A DNA stretch of 64,000 nt from Chrysomallon squamiferum (taxonomy: Eukaryota > Animalia > Mollusca): assembly GCA_012295275.1 (NCBI GenBank), contig CM022665.1, positions 5,022,001 to 5,086,000 on the forward strand. Direction: 5' to 3'. Positions 1 through 13,200 of the stretch are shown in pieces. Under the pieces are notes generated by a model. The model saw nothing but the letters and a program-made list of their open reading frames with translations. It was not told the DNA's origin and searched no databases. A program made the translations under genes and the position numbers. Each line of letters begins with the position of its first letter. Position 1 is the stretch's first letter.

Positions 1-942
1 AATTGTGTTGAAAAGGACACATCTTGTCAACACCAAGATGTAAATTCAGCATGCAACAGTTCTGTTTCCTCTTTCTCTAAGCCTGCTGACACAAATGATG
101 ATTCGTCTTTAACTACCTCATTTCAGACAGCTGAGAACAAATCTTTGAGAGATGGTAAAGAACATATAAACAGTGAATATGCAGCAGATATTGTAAATAT
201 ATCTGCAGTTAAAACACGTAAGGCAGCATCCAATGATGATATTGAGACCTCAACCTCTGATGATTCTAAACCATCTTCCTCAGTTGCAGATGTGACCAAG
301 ATACCAACACCAGTTCAGGAAGATATTTCTGGACATAACCATACACAACAAAGTACTAAGGAATTGACTAACAAGAAAAATGAAATCAAAGAGATTCCAG
401 TTGCTCACGGTGGAAAAGAGAATGTACCAGATATCACATCAACATCTATTTCAAACACTGATGAGAAAAGCAGTTCATCTGTGGGAACCATGATGACCAA
501 GAGACCAGTGGTCCACATCCGAAGTTCCTCAGGAATCAGATCACCTCCTGAGATACAGACACAGACCATTTACAAAGTGAATCTTGATGGGACTTCAACT
601 CGGACAGTGATTATCATGGATGCTGCTTGCAGTCCATGCAAAGGGAAGTCACTTCTCAAACAGTCGAAGTCTAAGAGGAATATAGAAACCCAGAGTAATA
701 ATGAGGCTAATGAGAAAGAACTGTCTGACTACAGTGAACAAAAAGAATTAAAATCAGGTAAGCAGTTATGAAAGTATAGATTAACTGAGAAATTAAAACA
801 AGAATAGACTGACTGGGGAAACGAAAAAATAAATTTAAAAAAATTAAAAATTATTATTATTTGAATCTAGTGTTATTTCTTGTTAATTAACTGCTACAAA
901 TACATCAGTTTCGAATGAGTGTTTTTCAAATAAATAAGTTCT

Positions 943-982
<40 letters not shown>

Positions 983-3900
983 CAATATCAAACAATTTCC
1001 TTGTTTGTTTCTTGTTTTTTCATTAGATAAACTTTTAAAATTATTTTATTACAGGTACCAGTTCTTCACATGTGCTGCCTGCTGAAATGGTTACTTCAGA
1101 TGTGAAGGAATTTACTGAGGCAAACAACCAGAATACTCGGTTAGTTGAAAATCCATGCAGTCTGCTCTCGTCTACTGTTGACACCCATGGTTTCCATTCA
1201 GCTGTAAGAAAAGTACAAAAACCAACCACAAAACAAATTACATCCGACAACATGCCTCCACTTACAAAAATTGTTCCTGTTCAAGCGAAAAGCAACACCA
1301 TGAAAACAATCCAAAGTTCAGTGAACAGTGAGGCAAAGCTAGATGATTCTGTTTTAGAAACTCAGGATCCACGAATGTTAATGATGGATGCCAGCACAAA
1401 AAGAGCTGTGGCTTCCATCTTGTCACTGGAGTCAGGAATTACATTTTCACCGTCTGCTGTTAATTCCCAGACAGATTCTACAACATGTTCTGCACCAACA
1501 AGTAAAGACAATTTAGTTGATTTGCTGCCCAAAGCCATTTCCTCTTCAAATAACCTGATCACCCACACCAGTGAAACACCGTGTTCAGACACTGTGACCA
1601 TTCATTCCAGTGAAATACCATCTTCAAACACACTGACCATTCACACCACTGAAACCCCATCTTCAAACACAATGACCGTTCACCCCAGTGGAATATCATC
1701 TTCATATACACCTATCATCCATAACAGTGAAACATCGTCTTTGAGTACACTCACCATTCATGCCAGTGAAACACCCTCTCTAAACGCACAGACCATCCGC
1801 ACCTGTGTTGGAGAATCACTTTCCAGTGGGATTCCACAGATGAATGTCATATCAGCTGAGTCTAAAAACATAACATCCATCAGCTCCACAGATGTTGTGG
1901 ATGGCTCTGAGTGTGCAAATTCTGATTTCACATCTCTATGGTCAGACATTTTAGAAACCAGTTCAGTCGCAGCAGTACAGATATCAGACATTACCGATCT
2001 GGACCAGAACAAATCTAAATATGTAACATCATCGACACAGACACCCATCGAATCCACTGAAGAAAAGATAATACTTCCCAGTGCTTACAAGTCGATGATT
2101 GATGAGAGCCAGATAAAAAAGGAATGCGACTATGATGAAGATGTCAACGGCGACAAAAACAAGCAAACTCTTGTTGTTGTGCAGTTACCAGAGGGCGCTG
2201 TTGTCACACAGCCTGTGGTTCAGTCTCGTTATAAATACGATGTTAGTAGAGTTCATTCAGTTTGTTGTGCATACTAAAATTATTATTAATTGACATAAAA
2301 TTACTAATTTTTTCCATTATTTATGGCAATACTTTGCAAAATCCAGGTCAGATTAAATAACTTGTTTTTATGTTACAGACTAAATAATCATACAGGTATA
2401 TGTTTCTGTGTTCAAAGGATTGTTTAGTTTAACTTAATATATAACAATGACATGTAATCATATATCATGGTAGATAAAGAAAATTTAATAAACATAATCC
2501 ACTGACTTTATGTAATAAGAATATTTTTACAATAATAATGATATATAATTATTACAATATGAAGAAAAAAGAAGCTGTACTAATGTTAATTTGTTGTCCT
2601 GTAATTTGAATATTTTGATTCTATAGAATTATTAATTTGCTCATGTTTTGCAGGATACTCCATTCCTAGATCAGAACTATGCTGATATTTTCAGATGTAA
2701 AATATGTTGCTATGAAACAAAAAAGAAGGCAAATTGGTACAAACACAAACAGAAGCATTTAGGTAATTTAAAAGCATGCTATAATACCAAAAATAAAAAA
2801 AAATGTTATTTGTTTCAATTAACTTACTTATTTACTTATTATTATTAACCTGTTAGAGTACTAAGAGAGAGAGACTGAGAATTACCATAGTTTGGTTTTA
2901 TTTCTGAAAAGTATTGTTGATTTAAATTCTGGAAATGAAACAAAAAAGAAAAATAAATAAATAAATAAGTAAATAAATATAAATAAATAAATGGTTGTTT
3001 CCTAGTGTTTAAATCAGTTATTTTTCTTAATTATGATTTCATAAAAAGTTAACTGTTTAATTCATAACATCTGTTTGTTAAGTTGTTAATACGAAGAAAA
3101 AAAGGAGAGATTTTTCCTCTTTTTGTTTTTATAGATTCTTTATATCCCTGTATCACAGTTATACTACAAACTCGTTTCCCTTCTCAGTGAAAAAAAAAAA
3201 ACCCAGCCCTACAAATATATATATGCACACTAAACTCACCGAAGAACTTGTAATAACATATATTAGAAGTTATGTAAATCCAGTTTTTAAAATTGCAGAG
3301 TGCATTTTCATCTTTCACTTTACACACACACACACACACATGATGTATCAATTTAGATTTTTATTACAAGTTTTTACTTGTTAACATTTGATACACATCT
3401 AATTTATATTTAAAAAATTCAGGTCTGCGGCCACATGCTTGTAACCAGTGTCAGTATCGGGCTGCAACAGCTAGCAACCTCAAACGTCACTTGGCAATCC
3501 ACGCTGACATTCGGAACTTTATGTGTCAGCTCTGTGGAATGTATTTTAGACAGAAGATCCATCTTGAGAGACACATCAAGTACAAACATGAGGTTTGTGA
3601 ACCATTTGTTTTCTTTTGTTATAGAAAGGAATTTTAATATGGGGTTATGTGTACATCATTAATATAGTTCAGAATCATGTTGATACTGTAGAGATGAAAC
3701 CCAGTGCTGCCACATGATTGGCCTGTTTCTTCGCTTAATGAAAAGGATTCTTTCCCATAGACATTATTTTGGGGTTTGTTTTAATTTTATTTTATTTCTT
3801 ACATTTTTCAGGCATGTCTAATTCGTTTTTATTTTGCCCAAAATAGTTTTTATTTTAAATTTTTCAGGAGAAACAAGTGAAATGTCCACTGTGTGAATAT

Positions 3901-5259
3901 ATCTGTGCTAATGAGAACCCTGATTTAAAAGTTCATATTAAACGTAAACACTTCACAGGTGAAGTGATGGAATCCACACTCAAGGCCTTCACCTGTCCTG
4001 AATGCAGTCTCATTGCTCTGTCTAAGAAGGACCTCAGACAGCACATGAAATTCCACAAACAGGGACCAGAACTTAAGCTTTTCTGTGAGTACTGCAGCTT
4101 TGTTACAGACTGCGACAGCCGCCTACGTCGTCACATGTTCATCCACACAAAAGAAAAGCCGTTTCAGTGTGGTCTGTGTGAATATCGGGGTTCACAGAAA
4201 GAACATGTGCTCAGACACATGAGAAATGTGCATGACATCCAGATTCACAGACGACAGCGGAAACACACTGCAAATAATCAGCTAGTGGAAGGGGGTCAGA
4301 TTTCAATGTCTGCTTTGTCCAAGTTGATTGATCGTAACGATTACACGTGTAGAGATAAGATTTTTGCCTGCAATCACTGTTCAATGAAGTTCTCTAAACT
4401 GCTGAATCTCTACAAACACTTGTATACACAGCATGAGAACATCATGCCACCACAGAAAGATGATGAGTTTGGATGTGTGGTGTGTGAGTTCCAGACTAAT
4501 ACAAAGAAAAACCTTCTTGTCCACATGAGAAAACACAACATGCACGACCACAATCCTCCAACCCATGTTTATTCCTGTGTTCTGTGCCGCTACCAGAATC
4601 CCAAACGTCGAAACCTCTTTCAGCACATGAAGAAGAAGCATCACATTGAAATTGTTATGAAGGAAGATGGAACGACCAGCTGCTTCATTGAGGATTCGTC
4701 AAGTCTGCCTGATGACCTGGACCAAAATCTCATGAATGTTGGCAACATAGTAACAACTACAACATCTAATTTTGACAGCGAGGGTGATGACGCAGAATAC
4801 AGAAATGTCATCAGCATTCAGAATTTTTCTTCAATGGTGACTCCACAGCCAACTGCAATCAACAACGGGGATGGAAATCTCATCATTGATACAGAAATAT
4901 CATCCACCCAGGATATCCATACTTGTCACACAGATGCTGCTGAAGCCATTGAAGGACTTCAGGCTCTGTCCCAGCAGTCTCGACTCTCTGGTTCAGTCGA
5001 AATGATGGGATCTGATGAACAGTTCATTGCTTTGTTAGATCAGCCAGCAGCTACAAAGTCTGAGGAAGGAAGTCCTGAAGGGCTTTCTCCAGATAAACAG
5101 AGCATCCAACTGACTGCAGATCAGTTGGTCAGTCTGTCATCAGGAGACTATGTGGAAATCAATGGAGAGGTGTACAAGGTGGAAATATCTGCAGAAAATA
5201 AACAACATGCAATTGAAGCAGAAAATATTGAACTGGAAGAAGTGCCGTGTGTTGATTAA
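1..5259 (+). CDS. C2H2 multi-zinc-finger transcription factor, 5'-truncated by the window (long Ser/Thr-rich region followed by 10 C2H2 fingers; ZFAT/ZNF407/ZNF335-like architecture, orthology unresolved)
   Basis: Phase-consistent GT-AG exons: <1-757, 1055-2241, 2654-2762, 3423-3592, 3868-5259 (TAA). Ten CxxC...HxxxH/HxxxxH fingers, e.g. CKICCYETKKKANWYKHKQKH, CNQCQYRAATASNLKRHLAIH, CEYCSFVTDCDSRLRRHMFIH, with linker TKEKPFQC. Confidence 0.9.
1543..1815 (+). repeat. Coding minisatellite, 7 x 39 bp (13-aa unit, approx. SSNTLTIHTSETP)
   Basis: Units start at 1543, 1582, 1621, 1660, 1699, 1738, 1777: SSNNLITHTSETP, CSDTVTIHSSEIP, SSNTLTIHTTETP, SSNTMTVHPSGIS, SSYTPIIHNSETS, SLSTLTIHASETP, SLNAQTIRTCVGE. 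Confidence 0.9.
3688..3762 (-). mobile_element. Decayed SINE fragment (central part)
   Basis: The reverse complement contains GCAGCACTGGGTTTCATCTC, similar to AGCAGCGGGTTTCATTTCTC near 43170. It resembles, from memory, a gastropod tRNA-derived SINE. Confidence 0.4.
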
Positions 5260-6524
5260 GTTTTCACTGAAAAAAAGGTTAACTTATTTTAAGGTGTATC
5301 TCTGAAGATATGGCCTACATAATTATGTTTACATATTTAAGTTTTATTTGTTTTTAGCTCACTAATCTTTGTTAACAATAAAACTGATGATAAATTAAGC
5401 TGATAAGGATGTGTAAGGATGATATTTTTCCTTTTAAACATCTTCAGTACACTTGTCACTGCTATAGCAGTTCATTATATTCAGTTATATAATGGTGTAT
5501 GATATTATATATCATTTGCACCAAAGGGTATTGTCTGTTTTTGCCATTAGATTATAGTACCAACTTCAGTAATGAAGAAGTGAAAAAAAAAAAAAAAAAA
5601 AAAAAACAACAAGAAAAATGGAAATCATATGACCCAAATTACATTGTAATACTGACATTTTCTAACTTGTAGAATCATTTGCATTTTGTTGTTATTGTAT
5701 TGTGTTGTTTTTTTTTTTTTTTTTTTTTTTTTTGATGCCAAGGATTAAAACATTCATGGAAAGAAAATTAAAACAAAGAAATATTAGTGCTGTACAATGA
5801 TGTAGTTCTAAAAATCACAGAAATAATTCCTAAATGTAAGAAAATGTATAATAATAGTCAAAATTATTTAAAATGTAAAAATATTAAAATATTTTAAAAC
5901 ATTTATGGAAAATGTTCTACGGGTTCTTATGAACTATCAGGTTATAAAAACCTGTAAATTAATGCTGCAATTGGGCATGGTAGATGTATACAGTCGAATT
6001 AATTTTTGTCTTTGTTTTTCATTGGTTTCTTTAATGTAAGGAAGACAAACGTTAGTGTTATCTCATTGATGTGTTATGATTTCAAAGATTGTGTTCATCT
6101 TTCCAGTTTTAATAATTATGGCATTTTCAACAGATAATATAGGTGTCTCAGCTGGTTAAAGCATCATTTCAGTTATTGTTGAGATATATATAGATATATT
6201 TGTACGTGCTGAAGGAAATATATTCATTGTTAATAAATTGTCATCAATTTATTATTTGTTAATATTGTCACAGAATATGAACGTCTATGTATGTAATGAT
6301 CTTCTGAACTATTAAGAATCATGGCCAGCTTAGGTTTTCTTAATGAATTACAGACAGGAATTCAGTTAACAAACCATTCCACTTTATTTTGTTTAATACC
6401 TTTTAAGAATTCATTAATAATATTTTGTCTTTGTTAACTTTTTCTTTAAAGTAGCACCTTAAATTAGCAGGTTCATGTACATCTGAATGTAAATTTATAA
6501 ATAAAAAAATAAATAAAGGAAATA

Positions 6525-6744
6525 CTGGGTTGGAACAAAGGTTCCTAGCATTTTTCAGTATGTTATGTTTGAGCACATGATTTCATTTCACACATGACTG
6601 AACTACATGACATATGATATGTACATATTCTGAAAGGTGAACAAAATGGCACTGATGTGTTTGAAAACATCTGAGTACAAATACCTCAATAACATCTTTG
6701 AATTTCATTTAAAAACCACTATAAACTCCTGTTCCAAACCCCAG
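6525..6744. mobile_element. MITE-like element with terminal inverted repeats
   Basis: Left end CTGGGTTGGAACA; right end reverse-complements to CTGGGGTTTGGAACA. The same AAATA flanks both sides (6520-6524, 6745-6749), a possible 5-bp TSD. Confidence 0.55.
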
Positions 6745-7357
6745 AAATAAAAATAACACAAACACACAAAATGATTAAAATAAAAATTTATTAAACATAA
6801 TTGTATATGATTCTAACACAATAATTGTTGGCTTTAATAAGCTCACTAATACTCAGTACTACAGTAACTAAGCATGACAACTTTTGACCTTTCTAGAATT
6901 AATAATAATAACAAAGTCTTTTTCATTAACATGTACTTCTTATAATTCCTATTAGCCTAAGACTTATAAACAATATGCAAAAAGAACAAAAAAAGAAAAG
7001 AGAAAAACATTAAACAATGAATGTCATTTCAAGTTTGTCTAATTATACTAACAGTAATATTTACTGCAATACTGTAATGCTGCTATTACATTAATACACA
7101 ATTTGTTGGTGGGGAATGGAGGGTGGTTTATGTAAAGTGCTGGCCTGGGAACTCACTGCTGTAGGATCAAACCTTGGTGACTCTTGTTTGCTCCAGAGCC
7201 CAACAACTGGTTTATTTCATGTTGTCACTGAATTTCTTTCTCTTTAATAAATTTTTTTTTAAAAACCTGCAAATGACCCCTCTTTTAATTTCCTGCAAGC
7301 CATTTTTTTTACAACACTTTTCCCACAGTACAAATTTTTTTTTAAAATTGCTAATTT

Positions 7358-7480
7358 CTGTGATAAATCAGTCACTGAGCACTGACATGGGTTGTACAAT
7401 GCCCACTAAGAGAGATGAGGAGGATAGACCCTTTGACCAAGAACATTCCAGGCTAGGACTCTACCATTGAGCTTCAGCTC
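7358..7480 (-). mobile_element. tRNA-derived SINE head, decayed
   Basis: The minus strand reads GAGCTGAAGCTCAATGGTAGAGTCCTAGCCTGG...GGGTCTATCCT: an A-box-like and a degenerate B-box-like motif at tRNA spacing, with no intact cloverleaf. Confidence 0.5.
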
Positions 7481-10232
7481 TCATACATAAGTTTAAGTTC
7501 AGCTTAAGCTATACACATATTAATAATGTTCAAAGTGCAGTCTAAATTCAACTAAATTGATGAAACCTAAAACATTTACAAACAGTACGTGTGTGTTGAA
7601 ATTAGAATACAAGCAAATAGAAAATAAAGTGTATATAAAATCTTTTTAAGTCACAGAAGGCACAGATGATTACTTGAGTACAGTGAATCTGAACATTTTA
7701 GCTAACAAAAAGTATTAGCTAATTTAGCAGCCCATACCAAATGCTCTAGTTTAACAGTGATAAATATTAAGGAATAAAATCAAACAAAAAAAGTTTGCAT
7801 GCACCAGTGTAATGTCTACTAAAGATAAATAAAGTAGGAAGCTTCAGCTGATGTTTTGTAACTAGATAACATTTGCACTGCTTAACATCAATATTAATGT
7901 AATTCTGAATTTTTTTATGGTGATTTTGCTGAAGATTTATGATGCCAGCATCTTTAATACCAACAGATTTTACTAAATTTTAAGGTTGGTAAATTTACCT
8001 GATTTGTTGGTATTTGACGGTTATGTAATTCTTTATAATGTGATGAAAAGAATAAAAACTGATAATAATAATAAGGTAAAAAAAAAATATATATATTTTG
8101 ATATGTTTAACGTATTATATATTACGACAACAAATATATATTGTACATCGAGACAAAGTCAGACCTCCTCAACGCATCACAACCATGTGAAAAATAAATA
8201 CAAAAGTATATATATATATCTATATAAACAGCTCAACTGACTGATGAATATATGTTTGAATATTCAATATAAAATGCTTAGGACAGTGACTACAACTGAT
8301 ATGTAACAAAAAATGTTTCACAGCTGCCAACACAATTTTCACAAAAGAATGGGAAAAACATTTAATTTGATGCTGTCAACCCAGAGTACATGGAGAAAGA
8401 CAGTGTGAAAGTGAAAGCCACAAAGCAAGTTGTATTACAATAGGAAGATGACTGATACAGGGAAGTCTGTGAAAATACCTTAAAATCTCAAACAAAAAGT
8501 ACAAAATGAGTATAGGTAACGTGTGACCTATTACTTTAAATTCACGTTCTGTGTAAACAGTTTTTGCATTATACTTGTAATCACAAATAGTCAATGTTTA
8601 TTATATATCTATGTGTTAAACTCAACAGTACTAATAAATTTTTTTTTTTTAAATTGAATTTTAAAAAAGAGATAAATAATTGGTTTAATCTTTCATTAAT
8701 GTTTTCAGTTAAAAGGAATAAATTTATGTTTTAAAAAATATATTAACAAATTTAAAAAAAAACAATTAATTTAATTTGCTATTTTTTATTTTTTTTTAAT
8801 CTGAAAATTCTTCAGGGATTTTGTTTTATATTCTTTTATGACCTCTCTGATACATCAGTGTTAAAATAAATGCCCAATATTTACAAATATCTCAACATTG
8901 TACACTGTCATGAACTGTCCTTAAAAGGAACTCTCAATATCTAAATATCTAAAAAAAAAAAAAAAAAAAAAGGATTAAAAATAAATAAGTAATAAAATTT
9001 ACATCAACAAATCAGTAGGAATATTACTTCTGCTAAGACAACATTTGTCAGCAGTATAAACAAAATTAATAATGAAAAAAGACCAGCTTTGGGGTTTTTT
9101 TTTACATCTGGTGTTGCACATTTTCATCCACACACACTTACTTTCATGCAATTTAGTAATTTTTATTATATACATTTATTTTTGAACATGTGTGCAAATA
9201 TACATATATATATATAGTACATACATACGTTCAAACACAAAAGTGGATATCATCAATGTAATGAAATAAATTATCATCAAACTATTATTAACATTCACTG
9301 AAGTTATAATTACAGCTTCATAAAAAAAAATATCAAACTGCTGGCAAATTTGGTTTACAATTTTGATAAAAAAAAGTTTTTAAGAAAATAACAATTTCTG
9401 CACCATGAAAAGATTAATAATATATTAAAATTTGTTTTGTTAACTGTTTTAAGAAAAAAAAAAATATATATATATATATACTAGAATCTGCTGCACCTAT
9501 TATAGAATGATCTAATTAATAATAAAATTTAATTAAAGGCAACCATTATTTGCAAGAACCTCTGGTTCCAAAGCCTTTCCAGATTATCAGTTTTTCAGGA
9601 CTTAATAATCATAATTTAACACTACACCTTTGAGTAACTAATGAGTAAATATATATCTCCTATGCTCCTAAGGCCATATTAAATGTAATACAACTAGTAC
9701 AAATGGTACAGGTTTATGAGTAAAAGCTCCATCTATAAAATTATATTATTAATTTAAAAAATAATAAATGTAAATTAACAAATTTCAAAAGACCAGTCTT
9801 TCAGCTGTGTACCTGTATTTACTAAGTTTCAGATAGTTCATTTTTTGTAATCAAACTGCATAAGCACAGGAGATGATCTCTCCAAAAAAACTTTAAACAC
9901 CACATTTTGTGATGCAAGTAACATTTCAGCCACATTTCAAAACACACTAATATCAACACTAGTCAAGAAGCATTATATATTGGATGTTTGATACTTGATG
10001 CTAGTAACAAACCTAAAATATATATAAACTATATTTTATATATATATATCTATATATTTGAAAGCTAATATAGCTTTCTGTAAGCTTGCTGGAACCTGTA
10101 TATCAAAATGGGGAAGAAAAAAAAACACCCCAAAAATACAAAAATCTCTAAAATACATTTAAAATACTTTTTCGAAAAACTCGGTACTCATGTAAAGTAA
10201 ATGAATTTGAGGAAAAAAAAAAAATCTTGCTG

Positions 10233-13200
10233 CTATGTTCCTGGTGTCTTTCTCTTGTCTGCTGGTTGTTTTGAGTTGCCACCCTCTTGCTGCTTGTTTG
10301 TTGCCTTCACATTTCCTGCCTGCATTTGTTGTCTGACTTGCTGTATTTTGTTTCTAACTATGTTCAGATGTTGTTTTATGTAGTCTTCATTGGGAGCGAG
10401 CTTAATTACTTCAATGAGACACTTCTCAGCTCGGAGCAAGTCACCTTTCTCAACAAATACCACACACAAATTGTGATTTGCCTGCACATGTTTTGGTTCC
10501 ATCTCTAGAATTGTTCTGAAATTCTGGAAAATAAAATTTGGAAAATTTTTTAAAATCAGCTTTTATAAATAATCTATATATATATGGTTAGGAATAGCAG
10601 GAGAAAGAACAGTAATAAGTATCAACAGTAGTAGCAGCAGCAGTTGTAGTCATAGTAGTACTTAGTGAATAATCATTGTTGTTCAAAAATAATTAAAAAG
10701 TGAAGAAGTGTGTAAGTGTGTGTAAGTGTGTGTGTGTGTGTGTGAGTGGGATTCTGCATTAATTCAAAAAGAAAAGAAGAAGAAGATGCTTTCTGATTTA
10801 TATAGTAAATAACATATTAAAAAAATAATAATAATAATAATAATAATAAATTACCTTTTCAGCTGCATCAAGATCTTTGAGATAGTTAACATTGATATCA
10901 CCCATCAGAAACAAACTTTTAATATGATCTGGGTGATGCTGTAAAAGAAAACAAAATAATTAAACTCTGAAACCAAAAAACATGCATGTCTAATACGTAT
11001 GAATTAATGAATTAATTTATATTTAGCAACACTTGAATACACCTCAACAGTAAGTTATTAGATATCACTTTATATATATATATATGTAACACTAAACGAG
11101 CAGATAATAATAATTATTATCAAATAATTTGTTACTAATTCTGTCTGTACAGAAAATGGCCAAATGCAGTCAGCCAGTCAAAATCTGTCTCAAAGTCCAC
11201 AATGAAAGATTATATTATATCCATCTTGTCTTACAAATCTGGTCTTCAGCCTGTACTTCAACAAGTCTGACAGCAACTGTTTGGAACTTTGATCACACAC
11301 AGTGAAGGTTTTCTGACACCACTTAAATTCAGCAGGTTCAAATCTCAACAGTGGTCAAGTCATAAATTAGTAATGTACTTTATGCCATGTAACAAAAATG
11401 TTTAACGCACTTAACAGAGTCCACACATGTAACTGGATATTTTATCAACAGAAATCAAAAAGAAATAATTCAAAAATTATTTCACAGTAATTCTGACCTT
11501 GAGAGCTGTATTTAAATATGGAATGGCTTCCAGTGGCTTGTTCAAGTTATTAACCAGCATCAAAGCCAAATTAAAGAGAGCACTGCGAAATGTTGGTTCC
11601 AGCTGTAAAAAAAAAGCAAAGATTTCAACTTACAACAACATTAATGGGTGCAAAACAAAACCACAAAATTATGAAAATCTGTGTTAAATAAATAATTGCA
11701 TTTGTTTTCTACTGTCCGACATGACATTTACATAATCAGATTAAATAATGGATTATGGGATAAAATACTAATATAAACTAGTTCAGAATGGCCACCTATG
11801 TTTAAAGTACCCTGTAAATACCATTAAACATTGCGCTACAGTTTAACATTTTACAGTACAGTACTGTGCAGTACAGTGAATGACATATCTTTCACTTCCC
11901 TATGCGGATTTCCCATTATTGCCACAAAAGCTTTATTAAAACCATTAGATATGCTTTTCCGATAACAGCACGATGCACACATAATATCACTTTGCTGTTT
12001 GTCATATATGCACAGACTGGAAACAGAGTTTTTCCCTTTCAGTCTAACTTCGTGGTATGTATTCCCCATCCCATTTTAAGATGTATTTAATAAATGGATA
12101 ATGGGACAAAATATTAGCATAAAGTAGTTCAAAATGGCAACCTAACTGGTATGAGTAGCTTATGGAATGGCTGAAGTTGGTTTCCACCATCATATAAAGA
12201 ACACAAGAAGATTTGTTAGTGATAATCATCTACATTAAAGTGGATTAAGCCATCTTATTCCTTATATTCCTTATTTAGTACAGGAGTTTTGTTTCTGACA
12301 GGCATACATAGGCATTTGTGTTAAGAATACAAACCTCTATAGCTTTCTTGAAGTTTTCTTCAGCTTCAATAAAGTTATTCTCATCCATACTAATCACAGC
12401 AATATGGAAATAAACTTGAGAATTATTTTTCTCAGTCTTCAGGCAGCGTTTTAATCTTTGAAAATAAGAATATAAAGATTTATAAAACAAAAATTGCCTA
12501 TTTTAATTTAAAGCCTTACTGAAAAGGACTATCATTACAACTGTAGCTATCATTATGAAAGAATAATCACTGAACTTATGCATATTATTTTCATATTCCT
12601 CATTTCTTATATAAATATATAATAAAATATGAAAATAAATGAACATAAAATGATTATACTTAAAAAATATAAAAATTATCGTAATTCAATTAAATCCAAA
12701 CAATATTACCAAATTTTCTGTTGGATGAAAACTAAAATGAATGAGTTGTATATGCTTGTAAAGATAAATATAATGCTCACTAAAATGTCTACAAAAAAAA
12801 TAATTATATACAATGATACTGTAGTCATTCATACATGCATGCGAGTCTGTTTTTGTGTTTGTCTACTTGGATGTATACATGTGTATGACTGTGTGTGTAG
12901 TAAAATAAAAATAATACAAAACCTTCTCACAGCCTCTGCTCTCATCTCTGGATCTTCAGTTTTTTCAAGCAAAATGGCTGAATTGAATAATGATAGCTGA
13001 AAATAAACAATATTTATTGATTTAGCCAATATTATTCTCCAACCTTTAAACCTAACACAAAAGTAATTTCTATTACTGTTGCTCTCACTTTATGTTATGA
13101 TTGTGCTTTCAAATAATTATGAGTTATGATTGTGCTTTCAAATACTTATGAACCTGAAAACTGCTGATTCTGTTGATTTTTAATCATGATCAAAACATCA

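Noticed and set aside
1041-4644. Antisense ORFs 1041-1253, 1362-1601, 1758-2057 and 4381-4644
   Set aside because: They are shadows of the sense-strand coding exons, with no recognisable motifs.
7358-7480. tRNA gene
   Set aside because: The B-box is degenerate and no acceptor or anticodon stems can be formed. It is better explained as a SINE head.
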